Origin: Camelus ferus | Taxonomy: Eukaryota | DNA length: 64,000 nt | Assembly: GCF_009834535.1 (NCBI RefSeq) | Contig: NC_045697.1 | Span: 9,302,001 to 9,366,000 of the forward strand | Reading direction: 5' to 3' | In this document: one piece after another, positions 1-13,313 of the stretch | Position numbering within the stretch: the first letter of the stretch is position 1 | Layout of the letters: each line of letters starts with the position of its first letter | Program-made: the position numbers and the translations under genes | The notes under the pieces: model-generated | What the model was told of the DNA's origin: nothing | Seen by the model: the letters and a program-made list of their open reading frames with translations, nothing else | The model's database searches: none

Positions 1-56
1 TTTTAGTTCAACACAGAAGACTGAACACATAAGTTTATCTCTTCTTTCATCTAAAA

Positions 57-155
57 CGGAGGTCTGTGAACTAAGGCCTGTAGACAGACCGTATGTTTTA
101 TAAAGTTTTATTAAAACACAGCTGAAACCATTCATTTACATATTGCTTTATGAAG
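57..155 (+). mobile_element. MER58A-like hAT-Charlie MITE fragment
   Basis: ATAAAGTTTTATTAAAACACAGC...CATTCATTTACATATTG matches the MER58A body; related copies at 14181 and 46540. Confidence 0.7.
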
Positions 156-259
156 CTCGTTTATTTTTTCTGTTTGATTTTCTCTTTTTTTAAAAAAATT
201 CTGTTTCATTTTGGGTTGTTTTTATTTCTATGCCATCCTATTTCCCGGTCTTTTCTTCT

Positions 260-612
260 GAAATGGTTAATCTGCCACTGACCCCATTCATTGATTTTTT
301 TTTTATAGATAATTTTTCCATCTCTAGGAAACTAGATTTTTATTTTTTAAAAATATCCTCCATGTCTCTGCTTAGCTGATTTAGTTTCTTTCTCTTAGTG
401 GCCCTCTGATTTTTTTTTTCTTTTTCTTTAACATCTGTATCACTTCTGGGTCAGTTTAGATTCATTGGTCTTTTTTCTTCATTATGAGTTATATTTCCTG
501 GTACTTTTTAACTGGATGTCAGACATTGTGAATTTTATCTTATTGAGTAATAGACATTTTTGAATTTTAATAAATATTATTAGGCTTTGTTCTGGGATGC
601 AATTAAACTACC
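260..612 (-). mobile_element. Ancient L1 (L1M/L1ME-type) 5'-region fragment
   Basis: T-rich; ACTGGATGTCAGACATTGTGAATTTTATCTTATTGAG and GGCTTTGTTCTGGGATGCAATTAA resemble antisense old L1M sequence. Confidence 0.5.
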
Positions 613-639
613 TGATTCCGGGGAGAGAAGATTACAGGG

Positions 640-800
640 AAGAGAATTAGAAGGAATAGTACACACCCACTACACAGGGCCAGGGTTTACCTTCCTGACT
701 GAAACAAATAAGCAATTAAACAAAAGACAAAATATATAAAATGACTGGACATGAGGCAAGAAAGGTGAGTGATCCCTGAAAGATGCAAAACAAATAAGGT
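640..800 (+). mobile_element. Ancient L1M 5'-UTR fragment
   Basis: GACAAAATATATAAAATGACTGGACATGAGGCAAGAAAGGTGAGTGATCCCTGAAAGATG resembles the old L1M 5' end. Confidence 0.45.
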
Positions 801-1109
801 GCAGCAGAAGCAGAACTGGAGGTCTTGGAGTAATGACGTGGTTATTGGAAAAGAGAATGGATGCCACGCTCAGGAACTGGAGTATTCATCAGTCCATGGT
901 TTCCCACCTGGTGCAGCAAAATGTTGGCAGTCCCCTCTTGCCACAAGCACATTTGTCTGTTTATCCCTGTGTCATACTGCAAATCGAATTTTCTATGCAC
1001 CACAGAGTGGAAAAGTTAGGGAAGATCTTTCTCAGATTTTAAGATCCAAAAGAATGCTTTTAAGACAAGTGAGGGAAACAATCCTGGTTGTATAGAGAGC
1101 ATATTTTTT

Positions 1110-1303
1110 GCATATATTTGAAAGTTGCTGAAAGTCTTCATGGTAAGAAAAAAAATTATAAATGTGTTTGGTGATGGACGTTAAACTAGACTTATTGTGG
1201 TGATCATTTTGCTATATATACATACATCAAATTATTTTGTTGTAGACCTGAAACTCATATAATACTCCTTGTCAATTACATCTCAAAATAAATAAATAAA
1301 TAA
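1110..1303 (+). mobile_element. L1MA9-like LINE-1 3' end
   Basis: GGTGATGGACGTTAAACTAGACTTATTGTGGTGATCATTTTGC...GTCAATTACATCTCAAAA followed by a (TAAA)n tail. Confidence 0.75.
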
Positions 1304-2144
1304 AGTGTCTTGTAGTGGGGTCAAAATAGATTTGAGAAGCGAAAAGAGATGGAATTAAGAACAGAACATAAAAGGTATATAAAATGCCTGGGATTATTTT
1401 CAGACTACTGGATGGTCAGAAAAGTAAAAACCTTAGAAACTGAACTTCCAAAAAATCTTTTAAAGAAGTGTTCAAGCTGCATAGTTTTTTTTTTTTTTTT
1501 TTTGGAGCTGTATAGAAAACATACTCAAAGGAATAGCTGATTTTATTTTGTACATGGAAGTAAATAGCCAAGAAGCATTCATCAGGCTAGACTGAACCCT
1601 GGGAAGGATTATTCCTAAGGAATAAACCCTTAGAGAATCAGATCATCTTCCTTGCAAAATCCTTAGCAATTGTGCATATAAATGGCAAATTCATTATCAC
1701 CTCTAATAGCTTATACCTGAACTATAAACTGGAAAGGCTGTGGAAATTTTAAAAGTCACCAGTGTACAATCACCAGGGGTTAACCTGTTAAATATTTGCA
1801 TATGTCATGCACAGATACAGAAACTGTACACACCTGGTCTTTGACATGCTGTCTTATCTCGAGTGCAGGCACTGGACAGTCCTTTCTGAAAGGGACTTCT
1901 GAGACAAGACAAGACGTGTTGGGACATAGTAAGCATCCTGTGTCTGGCAATATGCAAGCAGGGTTCAGAGGGGTGCTGGATGACTTTGCCAAAGTGTCTA
2001 CAAAAAATAAAATGTCTCATATGCCTTCTCATTAACACTCGTAGTGTTTCTGATAATCTGATCAAATATTTAGAGACATCATAAAAAAATAATACCATGT
2101 TATGTTTTTCAGCATCGTATAACTTGAAACATAAGTCTATGTGA

Positions 2145-2290
2145 TTCATTTAATAATCATCAATAAATTATTGACTTCCTATTATGCACCTGACACTGTG
2201 CTCCACTCTGGGATACAAAGACTAAGTCATTGGCTTCACAAAGCTCAGACTCCAGTGGAGAAGAAAGAGCTACCTACAGTACAGTGAGCT
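2145..2290 (-). mobile_element. L2 3' fragment
   Basis: ATTCATTT...TTATTGACTTCCTATTATGCACCTGACACTGTGCT is an antisense L2 tail. Confidence 0.6.
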
Positions 2291-2341
2291 AAACATGATT
2301 GTTGCATCCAATCCTCCCAGCAGCCTTTTCAGGAGGGCACA

Positions 2342-2410
2342 TTTTTTTTTTAAATTGAAGTATAGTTGATTTACAGTGTTATGTTAGTTTCAGGTATACA
2401 GCAAAGGTAT
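2342..2410 (-). mobile_element. Short lineage-specific L1 3' tail
   Basis: poly-T then AATTGAAGTATAGTTGATTTACAGTGTTATGTTAGTTTCAGGTATACAGCAAAG. Confidence 0.7.
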
Positions 2411-2494
2411 ACCCTCTTTGGGTAGACTTTCTCATTTCAATCTTTTCTACCTCTCAGATGACTGAGCAAAAGAGAAATTCTAAAGAAGGACATT

Positions 2495-3010
2495 TGTATC
2501 TCTCAGAGTCTGGTCTAAAAACAGAAACTCCTCTTGGTATTTCATATTAGGAAGAATTTAATGCAAAGAATTGATATCATGGGTGAGAGAGGAGCTGAAA
2601 ATCCCAACTAAGATCTGTGAAGCAACTTGGTGATTATAATTAGCACCATATGAAACCACTACTAAGCCTGAGGGAACAAAGGGATGACCAATTCTTACCA
2701 GAGCCCGGAATTTGGGACCACTTAGCAGAAGCTGGAATCATGATAACTACATGGTGGGGCTGGCCTGACCAAGGGGACCTGGAGCCACCAAAGTGAGGCA
2801 TCTGATGCTAGAAATGCTACCTAAAGTGAAGAATAATGGAGAGAGACACCCTCCTCCCCACTCTCCATGCTCTGGCCAGTTGTGATGTTATTGCTCATTG
2901 GACAGAATTACTTGGAAACCAGAGGGCAGGAGACCCTGGGAAGTGAAAGTTCTGTGCACCACAGGACAGGGTGAGGCAAGGGGTTAAATCTGAGAATCAG
3001 CTGATGAATG
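2495..3010 (-). mobile_element. Old MaLR LTR (MLT1L/M-like)
   Basis: TGTATCTCTCAGAGTC...AAACAGAAACTCCTCTTGGTATTTC...GAATTTAATGCAAAGAATTG resembles the antisense end of late MLT1 LTRs. Confidence 0.45.
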
Positions 3011-3449
3011 ACCAGTGTGAAATTTGGAAGGAAATATTGCTGGTCCTCTGAAGTTATGAAAGAGGGTTTAAGATTACCTGCTATTTTCAGGATGTTGCTG
3101 AAGAATGTATGTTAATGAAATAGCTATGTTGTTAGCGTCCATTTCTACATACATTTTGCTTTAGTAACAGAAGTACGTTCATTTTGTTTTTTGGTAGTTA
3201 CCAAAAGAATCTCCTGGAACATGTATGATACTCTTCATTACAGAAATATTAGGCAAGGTTTTATATCCTAAAAATCATCCCACTGTAATGCCATAAAGAG
3301 ACACTACCTGCTTTGTGGAAAGCATAAAAGTTCTGTTCAGTAAGACTCTTTTCTTAAGTAAACTCTGTCTCATTTTTTAAAAATCCCACTGTAAATATTA
3401 AAAGTCTGTGCATTGTGATGAAAGCCTATCGTTAGGAGAAGCAGACTTA

Positions 3450-3575
3450 CATACACATGTATATATATATATATATGTGTGTGTATGTGTGTGTATTTCT
3501 CTATGTTTACAGATAGGGAGACCTACATATACACACTCACACATACACACACTCACACATACAAACATACTCATA
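3450..3575. repeat. Compound (TA)n/(TG)n/(CA)n microsatellite
   Basis: Directly visible dinucleotide runs. Confidence 0.85.
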
Positions 3576-3879
3576 CTGTGTATAGTTGTATATTTAGAAT
3601 TAAAGTTGCAAAAGAGTTAGTAAATATATAATATAAAAAATAAAAGGAAAATCTCATTTAGTCTTTTCCCTTTAGGGCAAAAGCCACGTTTGTTACCCAG
3701 TCACCTATGATTCTGCATTTGCTTCACATGTTCCCATGTCGGAGAGCTTATAACTGATTAAGAACTGTTTACCATACTTGGTCATGGCTTTTCTATATCC
3801 AAGCATTTATTGGATGTCCACATTTTGCCAGAAATGCTTCTCCTTGCTTCCCATGTTTTTACCCTGGTCTATTTCTATA

Positions 3880-4170
3880 TATGTATTTTATAGAATGCCA
3901 TCTTTTCAAAAAGACTTCCCCTGATCAACTCTCTCTTCACCCTGGCTGGTTTAATTCTTCCCTTTTTCTGACTCCCAGGCCACTGTACCCCTCCCTTTGT
4001 TTTCTGCATTTGATCTCAAACAAATTTTATCCTGTAAGACTATCCATCTTACATGGGACACCAAGACAGTACTGACTATACCTTAAGCTCCTGGAGTGCC
4101 GTGCAGCGTCACCTATGTGCTCTGTATCCCTCACTGGGTCTAGCACAATTTCGGTTATAGTAATTATGTT
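3880..4170 (+). mobile_element. L2 fragment
   Basis: CCATCTTTTCAAAAGACTTCCCCTGATC...TAAGCTCCTGGAG...CTGTATCCCTCACTGGGTCTAGCACA resembles the L2 3' region. Confidence 0.5.
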
Positions 4171-4364
4171 TCTTTTTTACTTTTCTGTTCTCATCATAAG
4201 AAACCGTCTTAGATTGCTTTCACAGCAGTCATTTGCCATGCCTTTGAAGGAGGAGTGAAACACGGTATCCTCAGGGCTGACAGTGTTCAGGCCTTGTAGG
4301 TTACCTCTGAGTCAGACCAGATTCAGCCCAAAGAGGCATTAACTTTCATTAACAACAGCAACCA

Positions 4365-4675
4365 TGTCCTTCTCCCCTCTAGTAACCATTAATTTGTTCT
4401 CTGTATCTGAGTCTGTTTCCATTTTATTCTTTTATTTGTCTCATTTTTAGAGTCCACATATAAGTAAAAATATACAATATTTGCCTTTCTCTGTCTGACT
4501 TATTTCACTAAGTGTAATACCCGTCAGGTCCATCCACCTGAAGCAAACAGCAAACTTTCATTCTTTTTTATAACTGAGTAATACTCCATTATGTATATAT
4601 ACCACCTATCTTTAATCCATTCATCTGTTGATGGACACTTAGGTTGCTTCAATATCCTGGTTATTGTAAATATAA
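4365..4675 (-). mobile_element. L1 ORF2 C-terminus/3' UTR fragment
   Basis: Translates FTITRILKQPKCPSTDEWIKDRWYIYIMEYYSVIKKNE, matching the L1 ORF2p C-terminal motif (WKQPKCPSTDEWIKKMWYIYTMEYY). Confidence 0.9.
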
Positions 4676-4699
4676 ACTTACAAATAAATAAATTATATA

Positions 4700-5190
4700 A
4701 AAACACATATAATAAAAACTCAAAATTTTCTACTTCCTAATTATTTCACAGCATTTTACTATTACATATGCTCCTGACAGTATATATGTCCATTGTGCCT
4801 TTATAATAGAAACACTACTGCTCCTTTCTTACCAATCATGTTCACTTACATCATGTCAGTAGCTTGAAATTGGCCTCGAGCGAATATCTACACCATAATA
4901 ATCATTAAATAGTGCAAATCAGAGCTTGATTTAGTGCTGAGGTCGAGAAAAGTTTCAGTTTATTGAGCATGATTTGTACAAGGATGAGAAATAATTTAAC
5001 AGAAGATCACATATCAGATTTAATAAATTTATTGGCAAATCAGTTAATGAATTTATCTGCAAAAACATTTGTCAAATTATGATTAATCTGTAACCACAAG
5101 CTATTCATGGATACCAGAGTTTGGCAAAAATCAATGAACAAATTTTGTGAGAACCAATTGCTAAAATGGTTAATCTGTATTAGCATTAAA
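4700..5190. mobile_element. MER63-family hAT DNA transposon relic
   Basis: GTAGCTTGAAATTGGCC...TACACCA...CAAATCAG motif shared with the copy at 57525. Confidence 0.5.
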
Positions 5191-5389
5191 AGTCATCACT
5201 CATCTCTTCTCTTTCTTTCCTTTCTCAAAGAGTTCAGTCCTAAAGATATCAGGTGGGGTCAAGCACATTTGGTGTCCATGGTGGGTGACCCTGTGGAGGC
5301 CATGGTGGCCTAGAGTAAGCTGCTGAAGCCTTAACTGGATGAAGAGGTGTCCCCTAGGAGAGGATGGCTTGGCCTGCAGTGTCCAAGCC

Positions 5390-6715
5390 CAAGGAGGGTG
5401 TTGAGACTGCCCATTTCAAGATATGTCAGAGTGTTGGGTGACAGAGCCTGAATAGATTAAGGAGATGGTCCATCTTGGAGTCTCAGAAATCAATAAGGGT
5501 AAGGAAGCTCCCAGCTTAAGTGATTGGAGTTTAAATGTGGTGAGGAGGGTATTCAAGCATGGGGACAGCAATGGAACCCAGTGTGGGTTGTTGGAGCTTG
5601 CGTGGAGTCAAGCAAATATCTTTATAGAGGAGGTAGTGGTGACCAAGAGATACTGGTTACATACTGAAGAATTGATCAAATAAGTAAATATTAAGGGTAA
5701 TGGAAACCAAATTTATGACTGTCAGGAAAAGGACTTCTTACAAATACTGAAATAAAGAAAACTAGAATTGAACCTGTGGTGTTGGGTTAGCATCAGAGGT
5801 ATTGAAAACACATGAAAAATCATCTATAGAGAACAAAAGACGTAAATGTGTGTGCATATGTACGTGTGTGAATATTCATATGCACTGCTCAGTCCCACTG
5901 AGAGGGTCTGGGGGTAGAAGAAGCACATCCAGGAACCAGATCTTAGCTTCTAAATACTGTGATCCACTAACAGGAACAGGGAACCATGAAAAAGTGGTTG
6001 ATTCCTGGGCCAGGGCAGGAAAAGAACAAGATGAGACTTAAACATTTTATTGTACTTGAAAGTAAGAAAGTGCTCAAAGAATGAGGGGGCTTATCAAAAG
6101 GACACAGAAGACAGCTGGAAGCACTTATACTGTCCAAATTTGGGATAATTTCAGCATCAAAATAATGAATGAATTGAATTATAACCCATTAAATAAAACA
6201 GGAACCCATGACTCTACTTTTTTTTTATAAAATTGTAAATGATAAATTAAAAGTTTAATGAGAAATAAGGTATTTATGTAGATTCAAAATACCTCCCCAT
6301 AAAATCCTTATATAGAAAAGGGAACAGAGTAATGTTATTGTGGGAAGCCTGGCAGACACCACCTTAATGCTGTGATCAAAGCGAGCATCATCAAATATGG
6401 GACAAGTCAAAAGCGTGTGGACTGGACAAGAAGCATTACTGCAGTGATATTCTTGTCAAAGATGCATAGCCTGAATCTAATCAAACCTAAAAATTGAAGG
6501 ATGTTCAACAAAACACCTGGCTTATAATGTGAAATCATCAAGATCATGAAAGTCAAAGAAAGACTTTCGAAAATTCCCAGATAAAAGTTGAGTAAAGGTA
6601 CATATAAACGAAACGAAACTCATGATTCTGGACATGACTGTTTTCTGTAAAATATGTTATTGGAATAATTGAAAACATCTTGAAGAGGATCTGAACTTTG
6701 GATGGTAGTAAAATG
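5390..6715 (+). mobile_element. L1MC/L1MD-type LINE-1 3' region
   Basis: GATACTGGTTACATACTGAAGAATTGATCAAATAAG and GCCTGGCAGACACCACCTTAA...GCATAGCCTGAATCTAATC are typical of L1MC 3' UTRs. Confidence 0.7.
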
Positions 6716-6908
6716 TTATTTTTCATCTCAAAATTAAAGAGAAGTTTCAATGATGATACAAATAATTTTTTCCACTAGCCCATTGCTGACATGATGTTTA
6801 ACACTCTCAAATGCATTAGTGTTGTTCCATACTCAAGAATATTCTTACATAATCATTAAATAATGAAAGTAACAATCAACTTCTCTTTAATTTTGAGATG
6901 AAAAATAA
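6716..6908. repeat. Perfect 31-bp inverted repeat, 131-nt spacer
   Basis: 6716-6746 TTATTTTTCATCTCAAAATTAAAGAGAAGTT is the exact reverse complement of 6878-6908. Confidence 0.95.
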
Positions 6909-6911
6909 TGG

Positions 6912-7437
6912 CACCATTTCACATGACTCAGCAAGTCCATTCCTAACCATATAGCCAAGAGAAATAAATGAGTATATCCAGAAAAAGGCGAGTATAAAAT
7001 TATTCAATGTATGCTAGTCATAATACCTATGAACTGGAAACAACCCAAATGCCCATCAATAGAGTGGATAAACACACTTGTAGAATATTCATGCAATGGA
7101 ATACCAATAAAAAAGAATAAACCACTAATACATGCAACAACATGGATGGTTTCCAAAAACATGAGTGAAAGAAGTGAAAAAAAGGTAGGCATTAAATAAT
7201 ACCTATTTTTGATGCCATTTATGTAAAGATCGAGAATAAGCAAAGCTAATTAAGGAAATCAGAATAATGATTGGTTTTTAGAGGAATTAAATGAAAAGGT
7301 CAGACAAGAACTTTCTGGAGCACATTTATACCTTAACTAGATGGTGGCTATTTGGTGTATGCACTTGACAAGATGCATTAAGATGTACGATTATGATTAT
7401 GCATTTTATTGCAAGGTAAATTAGGTTTCAATAAAAT
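6912..7437 (+). mobile_element. Old L1 (L1ME/MB-type) ORF2 end and 3' UTR
   Basis: Translates NWKQPKCPSIEWINTL...IHATTWM; ends near CAATAAAA. Confidence 0.8.
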
Positions 7438-8999
7438 ACTGTGAGCATTGAGAAATGCTATGGCAAAAAAATTCAACCTTTTCAATTTTCTCATTTCAGT
7501 ATTTATGAGTAAAATCATCAATAATTTCAACTTCTCCTTTTTTCTTACATTTACCCTCCATTTCAGGAGTAGTTTCTTTACACTGCTCATGAAGAAAACG
7601 AACAAGTTGTTTGTAATGACCTGTAAGCAAATTCCTTCACATTACATAAAACTTGCAGGAAGTCTCTGGAATTATAAAAGTCGGAACAAGAGAGAATTTG
7701 GCTTAATGTATGCAATCCAATATAACACAATACCTTATGTCTAGGGAATATATTAGCAAAAATTACTTTTTATTACAAAGCTCTAGACCTTCAAGAAATT
7801 CTTTATGATTCACTAAAATGGTAGCAAAGCGTGGAATATTTTGTTATTGTCGAAGCATTTTCCAGAAACCACACACCTTATATTGAATGAATCTATAATT
7901 GTTGGGCAATTTCTTTTTCCAGTTGAACAGCACTTTTGAGACTATGTTTTTTCTGAGAGGTCATGAAAAGAAAATTGGAAATATCCCATATCTGCTGACA
8001 TGACATAGGAGGGTCTTTTCATTTTGCATTTTCTTTTTACCTCTGAATGAAGGCTAACGTCTCTTAAAAGACAAAAATGCCTCCTCTGGGTTCTCTCTCC
8101 TGGATGAAAACCATTTATCCCATGAGTTGAGGCAACAAATCTTACAAATAAAGGTTGGGGTCAGAGGAGGTTGTTTTGTTATTTTGTGAACATGGGAAGT
8201 CCACTGACTTTAATAAATCAAAGGTGAGTCTTGAAAACACTAAACATTCTTACTTTTACATTCTCTTAATATACTATCATTTTCAAAGAGAAATATCTGA
8301 AGGAAATTGCTCCCTTGCTTTTTCCTCTCTCATCTCAAATAGGAGCGTTCACTCTGAAAATTCTCATTGAGTTGAATTTTTGGTCTATAGGCTACTGATG
8401 TCTATAATTCTCCTCCTGCCCACATGAAGCCTCTCTCCACCACAAGCAGAACTGCATCACATTGTCACCATCTTTGCAGCTCTGGTGCTGGAGAGCTACC
8501 TTTATGACCTTGTACTGAACAGACATTTCTTCTTACTCAGTTTGGGAGCCTGGATTTTATTGGATCCAGTGAAGTAAGTGAAAGTTTAATGAAAGCCAAG
8601 GTCTGGACACAGAAACAATCCTTCAGTTTTAATTAGTTCCCAAGATGACTTCTCTACTTCAGGAACAGCTCAATTCTCTGTAACACAATTGGTGGTTCCA
8701 CAATGAATTAACCAGGAAGATTCTTTGTGGAAATACCTATTAGCTCACATAGTTTGGAGGATCTTGCTACTTCTCTTTCTCCTTTCAATTGTTAAGCCTT
8801 ATTACTCGTGACCACCTTCCTTGTGTTCTCCTGCTCTCACTAATCCTTTTCTTCTCAAAATAGCTGTATATAAAATTTATTGTGAGGTTTATTTGTATCA
8901 GTTTCTTGATTCTATAATTATTTTGTGAATAGATGATTTGATTTATATTATATATTCTAATAAAAGTTTGACAGAGAATTAAAGTTTTTTTTTTAAGCA

Positions 9000-11190
9000 A
9001 TTAGGGAAAAAAATTAGAAAGTACCCCAGAAGAAGATATTAGAGACAAAAAAAAAACAAACATGATAAATCATATATAAATCTCTGGTAAGTAAAGGTAA
9101 GTAAAATTGAGAAAAAATTTTAAAACTGACTATCAGAAATGAGATTTATGAACACAGGTGTGCAATTGCATGGGAATGGATTTAAATAAGCAGAGTAAGT
9201 TGCTGTTTTCTATCAAAATATGAATCACTAACACTGATTCAAAAACAGATTGAAAATATGAACAGTTCAGAAATGTAGATAAAAGTATTTTAATTAAAAG
9301 AGAAACATACTCTAGTTCCTTGCTACATTTTTATATAACGTTTAAATTGAAGATATTTCCAAGGCTTATTCAAATTTCAAAACAGTATAGAATAGTTTCC
9401 CAACCTGTTTTAGTAATAAAGCATAAACTTGATATTAAAACTTTATGATCATAATACGAAGAAATTGAGATATATATTAATATTACCTATAAATATAGAT
9501 GTTCAAATTTGAGAAAAAAATAGCTAAAAAATCAAAAATCCAAAATAGTATGAAAAGAATAGTATGTCATTACCAAGATTATAGAATTGTTCAGTATCAG
9601 AAAATCTATGTTAATAATTCATCATGACAAAAAGTGTCCAAGGAGAAAAATGACATGGTGATCAACAAGGCAACTATTATTGGTAAAAAATCCCCACATA
9701 AAATGGAAATAGAAGAAAAACATTTAACACAAGGAAAACTATTTCCAATAGCAAACATCAAATAAGTGAATTAAATGAAGCAAACATCAAATTAAACGAA
9801 GATACGCTCGAAGTCACTTTCATTAAAGTTAACCATAAGACAGAGATGTCAACCATTGGTTTGAAGGTTTTAGCTAACGCAATAAGAGAAGATAAAGAAT
9901 ATCAATATAACTGTTAGAAAATAAAATAAGATTTCTTTGAATATTGATGACTGAAAACTTTAGAAAGGAAATAAAAAAGCAAAGAAGGAAGGAAAGAAGG
10001 ATGGAAGGAAAGGAGAAAAATAAGAAGGGAAGCCCTAGGAAAACAGAATCAAGGACTCGAATGAATAATGTAAGTTGGTGAGGTGCTTGGATTCACTACA
10101 TATACAAAATTAAAGTTTTCTTCCCCTTACACTAACAATAACCAGTTAGAAAAGAAAATGAAAAATACAATTTACAATACACATAATCTATAAACACCAA
10201 AGAGTAAATTTAAAAAGACCACAAAATCTATATGAAAACAACCAAAATATTTTTGTTGGTCATAAAATAAGATCTGAACTAAGGAAAATAAACTATTCAT
10301 TCCTGGTTAGGGATAACTAATATTATATAAATATTAATTATTCCAAAAATTAATGAGTGTATGTAATTTTAATTAGAATGCTATTTTAACTTAACTATAA
10401 TTTTTAAAAATTAATATAACAATAAATAGGCTTCAGTAAAAAAAAGAAAGATAAAGTAGATTAGTGAAGGGGCATACTTCGACTTTTCCCAGGTATTAGA
10501 CCTTAGTATAAAGCCATGTAATTAGAACTATACAGATTTCATCCAAAAATAACCAAATCAATTAAATAAAGGGAATACATAAAGTCTAGAAATTGATGAA
10601 ACCCATATTTAGTATATAGTAAAAATAGAATTTTGATTCCACAGAAATATAATATTTTATTAATAAATAGTGCAAGAATAGTTGATTATTTATCTCAAAA
10701 CACAATTAAGAGTATATAAAACATTCCAAATAAGTTAATATTTAACTATTTTAAAAGTTTAAAGTATTAGAAGAAAAGTTGAGAGAACATTTATAAATCT
10801 TGTGGTGAGAGAAAGGTCCTAAGCCATTAAAGAAATTCAGAATACATCAAAACCAAATTTGACTATAATGAACTTACGATTTTTAAAAGGCTAAAGCTAT
10901 TACAACAGGCTGGAAAGAATATTTAAAAATAAATGACAAAGAATTCTTAATCTGAAAATAATACTTTGAGACCAGTAAGAAGTACACAAATCATCTACTC
11001 AAAACATGGATAAGATATTTAAAAAGGCAGTTCTCAGAAGATGAAAAGCAAATCATAAATAAACCTATGAAAAGCTAGTCGGCCTCTCTTACACTCACAA
11101 TAAGAAACTGCTTAGCCCATGGGGTTTGCAAATGTTAAATGATATAACCCAGAATTTGAGAGGATGTGAAAAAACAGACCATCTTGTTTT
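9000..11190 (+). mobile_element. Highly decayed L1 ORF2 relic
   Basis: A-rich 2.2 kb; 9390-9580 follows the order of the L1 RT N-terminal motifs (LPNSFYEASITLIPK..., MNIDAKIL..., KRIIHHDQ) with many stops and indels. Confidence 0.7.
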
Positions 11191-12689
11191 CACTGGCTAG
11201 ACTGAATCCGTTACATCAGAGTAGAAGCTTCCCGTGATCCTGAAAAGAGGCTCTTTAAAACATTAATCCTTTCATACCAGATGAGTTCCCTATTCTGCTG
11301 AATAAAATATAAGCCCGAGTTTGTTGTCCAAACATTTGTTTGTTTCTTACTTTTTAAAAAGCAATCAAATAAATATGAATTTCAAACAAGCCTGGGGAAC
11401 TGGCTGCCAAACACATCCAAAGCCTTGCAAGAATCACAGCAGCATTCATATCCAGTGGCTGCCAAGATTAAAATAAAAACAGAGGCAAAACTCATCCTCA
11501 GAGGGCTGGGGACCCAAGCTAGGCTTGTCACTTGTCACCTCAACCTTGGCCTGTGTGAAGATGTAGACACGCCTAGAACAAAGATTTTCAGTCAGAAAGA
11601 CCACTTCTGCCCTCCCAATGGGAAATAATGATGTTTTATATTTCACAGCAATGTTTGAAGTTTAAGAGATGACAATGTACAGAAATGAGATGCGTGTATG
11701 TCACATATGTTTAGATAGAAATACTAAAGCACTGCTAAGGACCAGAACTGGGATTTGGTACCAGACTAGGATTCACTATCCTCAAACAGTTTCTTATATT
11801 GCTTCACTTGCTGCCTTTACAATGATAGCTTTATAACCAGCTTAGCAAACATAAGTCTGCACTTGCTATATTTTGCAGAAACTATAATCTGGAAATGTTT
11901 GTCTTCTTTCTACGTAAGGAAATATTTTACCATCACCTCTCTGTATACTAATTGATACCCTGTTCTTTCTGTAATATACCCAACTTTCATGTTCAGAGCC
12001 GTTTTTCACTTTTTAAGGAAACCACATATTTTTAAATCTCTTTCCCCAAAATATATAAATTGCAAACTGTACCATCAAAGGCAAAGGCATCAAATTTTGA
12101 TGAATTCTGAGTGCTGCCTGCATGTGTTTACTTTCCCTCTACTATTGGTGTTGTTTCCACCTGACAGAAAAGGAAAATGACGTTTATGTGATTGGAAGGA
12201 CGCAGGCAAAAGTTCAGCACAGGGTTTTTGTTTGTTTTTTGTTTTGTTTTGTCTTGTTTTAATTCAACTCATCACTGCATAAAACATGTGATTTTGTTTA
12301 CAGAAATTTGTTTTGCAACGAGTCCTCAGGAACACACCTTTTCAAATCATTAGGCAAAACTGTAGAGACACTTTCAGTAACTCAAGAAAGAAAGAACCAA
12401 CTTCCGGAGCACTGATGACTTTGTTTGTGCGTCTCCCTCCTCCAGTTTGGCAATTTTTCTGCTCATTAGTCCTTTCCTCCTGAGGATGAATAAGATCAGA
12501 AGGAAGATCCAGCTCAAATCAGTCAGTTACATCTACTTATCACCAACTGAAATGAAAGGATGAAGGCTGGTAGTCAAGGATTTGAGGGATTATCTGTGAA
12601 TTTCAATTACCCTATCACTTCCTCTTCCTATTAGCATCAGTAATTAAGAATCCAGAGCCCAGAAAATGGACAACTTTTAAAATACTGGA

Positions 12690-13250
12690 ACAGGATCAGA
12701 CCTGAAGGATAATATTACCCAACATTGTCTGTTTATAGATGAGGAAACTTAGGAAACGAGAGGATTATTTGTCTGCTCAGTGACATGCAGCTTGATAAAG
12801 GCTGTTGACCCCCAGATATTCATCTTCTTCTAATTGTACTTACATGGAAAAAAATTCTAATCCCATAATAGTAACAGTACAATTTCAGTTAAAATAACCA
12901 GGCTTAGGTCTAATTATTGCTTAATGCTATAGTAGCTCTGTGATCTTGGGCAAATGGCCTAACTTCTCTGGGCTTTTGTTTTCTCACCTCCCACCCCAAA
13001 CACACACAAAAGAATTAATTAGCCCTGCATTTACTATCTCACAAGGTTTTGGAGATGGTCAAAGGCTATAAAAATAATAACACATTAATGGTAACCCCTG
13101 GGGAACTGTCTATATGCCAACACGCATCACCTCTCAATGTGTATGACAGCTTTATGACTCAGTAATGTTGAGGATTTGGAAACTAAAGTTCAGAGAGGTT
13201 AAATAATGTGTGCAAGATCACATGGATAATCACATGGATAATTACATGGG
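12690..13250. mobile_element. Cluster of three MIR fragments in mixed orientation
   Basis: MIR core motifs TTTATAGATGAGGAAACT, TGTGATCTTGGGCAAATGGCCTAACTTCTCTG and CAGAGAGGTTAAATAATGTGTGCAAGATCACA; includes a 12-bp tandem duplication ATCACATGGATA at 13217-13250. Confidence 0.7.
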
Positions 13251-13285
13251 GACTATTTTAACTCTTAAGCAGATTACAATTGGTA

Positions 13286-13313
13286 TGTGTGTGAGAGAGA
13301 GAGAGAGAGAGAT
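13286..13313. repeat. (TG)n(AG)n microsatellite
   Basis: Directly visible. Confidence 0.9.

Noticed and set aside
769..1095. 108-aa ORF and overlapping 69-aa ORF, possible retrocopy upstream of an A-rich tail
   Set aside because: No recognisable protein in any frame; starts inside an L1 5' fragment, and the tail belongs to the L1MA9-like end
4524..7199. ORFs with KQPKCPS motifs (4524-4706, 7011-7199)
   Set aside because: Decayed L1 ORF2p C-termini, not host genes
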